From NCBI GenBank assembly GCA_965215265.1, contig OZ244048.1:1152001-1216000 (forward strand): a stretch of 64,000 nt of DNA. Direction: 5' to 3'. This DNA is from Candidatus Poribacteria bacterium (GTDB lineage: Bacteria > Poribacteria > WGA-4E > WGA-3G). Positions within the stretch are counted from its first letter, which is position 1. Each line of letters opens with the position of its first letter. The notes below the pieces were generated by a model, which did not search any database, was not told the DNA's origin, and saw nothing but the letters and a program-made list of their open reading frames with translations. Both the position numbers and the translations under genes were made by a program. This document shows positions 62,739 through 64,000 of the stretch, one piece after another.

Positions 62739-63503
62739 ATGCCACAAATTTCTCCACTCTATGCCGCTATCGGTATCGGTGTTATCATCATGCTGGCCAC
62801 GAGCGTTCGTATCCTCAAAGAGTATGAGCGTGCCGTTATCTTTCGCCTCGGCCGCTTAACAGGGACCCGCGGTCCCGGCCTCGTCCTCATGATCCCATTC
62901 TGGATTGAACGCATGCAGCGCGTCAGTCTTCGCGTCGTCGTCAACGATGTCACGCCGCAAGATGTCATTACCAAAGACAACGTCTCAGTCAGTGTTAACG
63001 CAGTGCTTACCTTTCGAGTAACGCATCCAGATAAAGCGGTCATTGAGGTAGAAGACTTCGGTTTCGCGATATCTCAAGTAGCACAAACGACTCTCCGGAG
63101 CGCGCTCGGCCGCGCTGAACTCGACGATCTGCTCTCCGAACGTCAAAAACTCAATCAAGACCTGGAGGACATCATTAAAAGACAGTGCGAACCGTGGGGT
63201 ATTGAAGTCAGCTCCATGGAAATTAAGCATGTTGACCTGCCCGCCGAAATGCAACGCGCCATGGCGAAACAGGCAGAAGCAGAGCGCGAACGTCGTGCCA
63301 AAATTACGCACGCCCAAGGTGAATTGGAATCCGCGCACGCTTTAACTGATGCCGCGCAGGTCCTGAGCGAGACACCGACCGCCGTACAGCTCCGATTCCT
63401 TCAGGCGTTAGTAGAAGTGAGTGCAGAGAAAAACTCAACCGTAGTCTTTCCGATTCCGATTGACCTGCTGAGTCCATTTCTTAAGAAAGAGAAGGAGAAA
63501 TAG
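62739..63503 (+). CDS. SPFH/stomatin (slipin) family protein
   Basis: [31 protein letters not shown]. Confidence 0.92.
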   Translation: MPQISPLYAAIGIGVIIMLATSVRILKEYERAVIFRLGRLTGTRGPGLVLMIPFWIERMQRVSLRVVVNDVTPQDVITKDNVSVSVNAVLTFRVTHPDKAVIEVEDFGFAISQVAQTTLRSALGRAELDDLLSERQKLNQDLEDIIKRQCEPWGIEVSSMEIKHVDLPAEMQRAMAKQAEAERERRAKITHAQGELESAHALTDAAQVLSETPTAVQLRFLQALVEVSAEKNSTVVFPIPIDLLSPFLKKEKEK

Positions 63504-63522
63504 TAGCCTCCTCGTTAAAAAC

Positions 63523-63587
63523 GGCAGTGGCGAGATAGGTATTCTTTGTCTCATGGCAAGATTACCTTTTACTCGCCAGTCACTGGG
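63523..63587. repeat. Palindromic element (copy of the family)
   Basis: CAGTGGCGAGATAGGTA...TACCTTTTACTCGCCAGTCACTGGG. Confidence 0.7.
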
Positions 63588-63689
63588 GCGGCTTTTCCTC
63601 ATAAGAGAGGAAGGGGCTCCCCAGCAAAACAAGATGCCTCCAAATTATTTAGTTATGTTGAAGACGATGGAGGCATAAAGAGGTCTGTT

Positions 63690-64000
63690 TTGAAAAAACT
63701 CAGTGAAATCCAAGCAGCCCTGACAGAATTAGGGCTTGATGCGTGGCTCTTATATGATTTTCGGGGGATTAACCCGATTGCACAGAATGTGGCTGGGCTT
63801 GCTGAATCGCATATTACCCGCCGGTGGTTCTGTCTTATTCCTGTGCATGGAGAACCGAGGTGGTTAATTCATCGGATCGAAAAGTCAAATTTCGTTGATG
63901 TTCCAGGGCACGTTGCTCTCTACGCCACTTGGCAGGAACTTCATATAAACATGACATCTTTGCTCTCTGATGTTACAAAGATAGCAATGGAATACTCCCC
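63690..64000 (+). CDS. M24 / aminopeptidase P family protein, 3'-truncated by the window edge
   Basis: Manual translation MKKLSEIQAALTELGLDAWLLYDFRGINPIA...TRRWFCLIP...IAMEYS. Confidence 0.75.
   Translation, partial: MKKLSEIQAALTELGLDAWLLYDFRGINPIAQNVAGLAESHITRRWFCLIPVHGEPRWLIHRIEKSNFVDVPGHVALYATWQELHINMTSLLSDVTKIAMEYS

Overview
Bacterial genomic window, about 50 genes. The gene style suggests Candidatus Poribacteria or a relative (inference): secreted proteins ending in an 'AVxPxxKLxxxWGxxK' tail, an Rpn nuclease, a PhyH dioxygenase and Gfo/Idh/MocA oxidoreductases. Core content is a moaA-sufCBD-grx-sufS-sufU-Rieske-DUF59-rhodanese Fe-S cluster, rqcH, a groEL with no adjacent groES, a VWA/DUF4159/DUF4175 cluster, a GH3 nagZ and a stomatin. 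The main finding is a tight seven-gene minus-strand operon (10817-20339) with its own promoter. It encodes an RNAP alpha-CTD-like protein, a GNAT fused to a TGT/DpdA-like transglycosylase, an unknown (BrxA-like?) protein, a 1324-aa BrxC-like ATPase, a small P-loop protein, a PglZ-type phosphoesterase and a HerA-type ATPase. This looks like a BREX-related defence system whose methyltransferase is replaced by a guanine-exchange enzyme. Other notable features are a type III R-M locus with two tandem mod genes (different central regions, both out of frame at a poly-G tract), an Rpn gene with an internal start, and a family of dispersed palindromic intergenic elements. No rRNA, tRNA or CRISPR array was recognised. 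All family assignments come from motifs read by eye, not from database searches.
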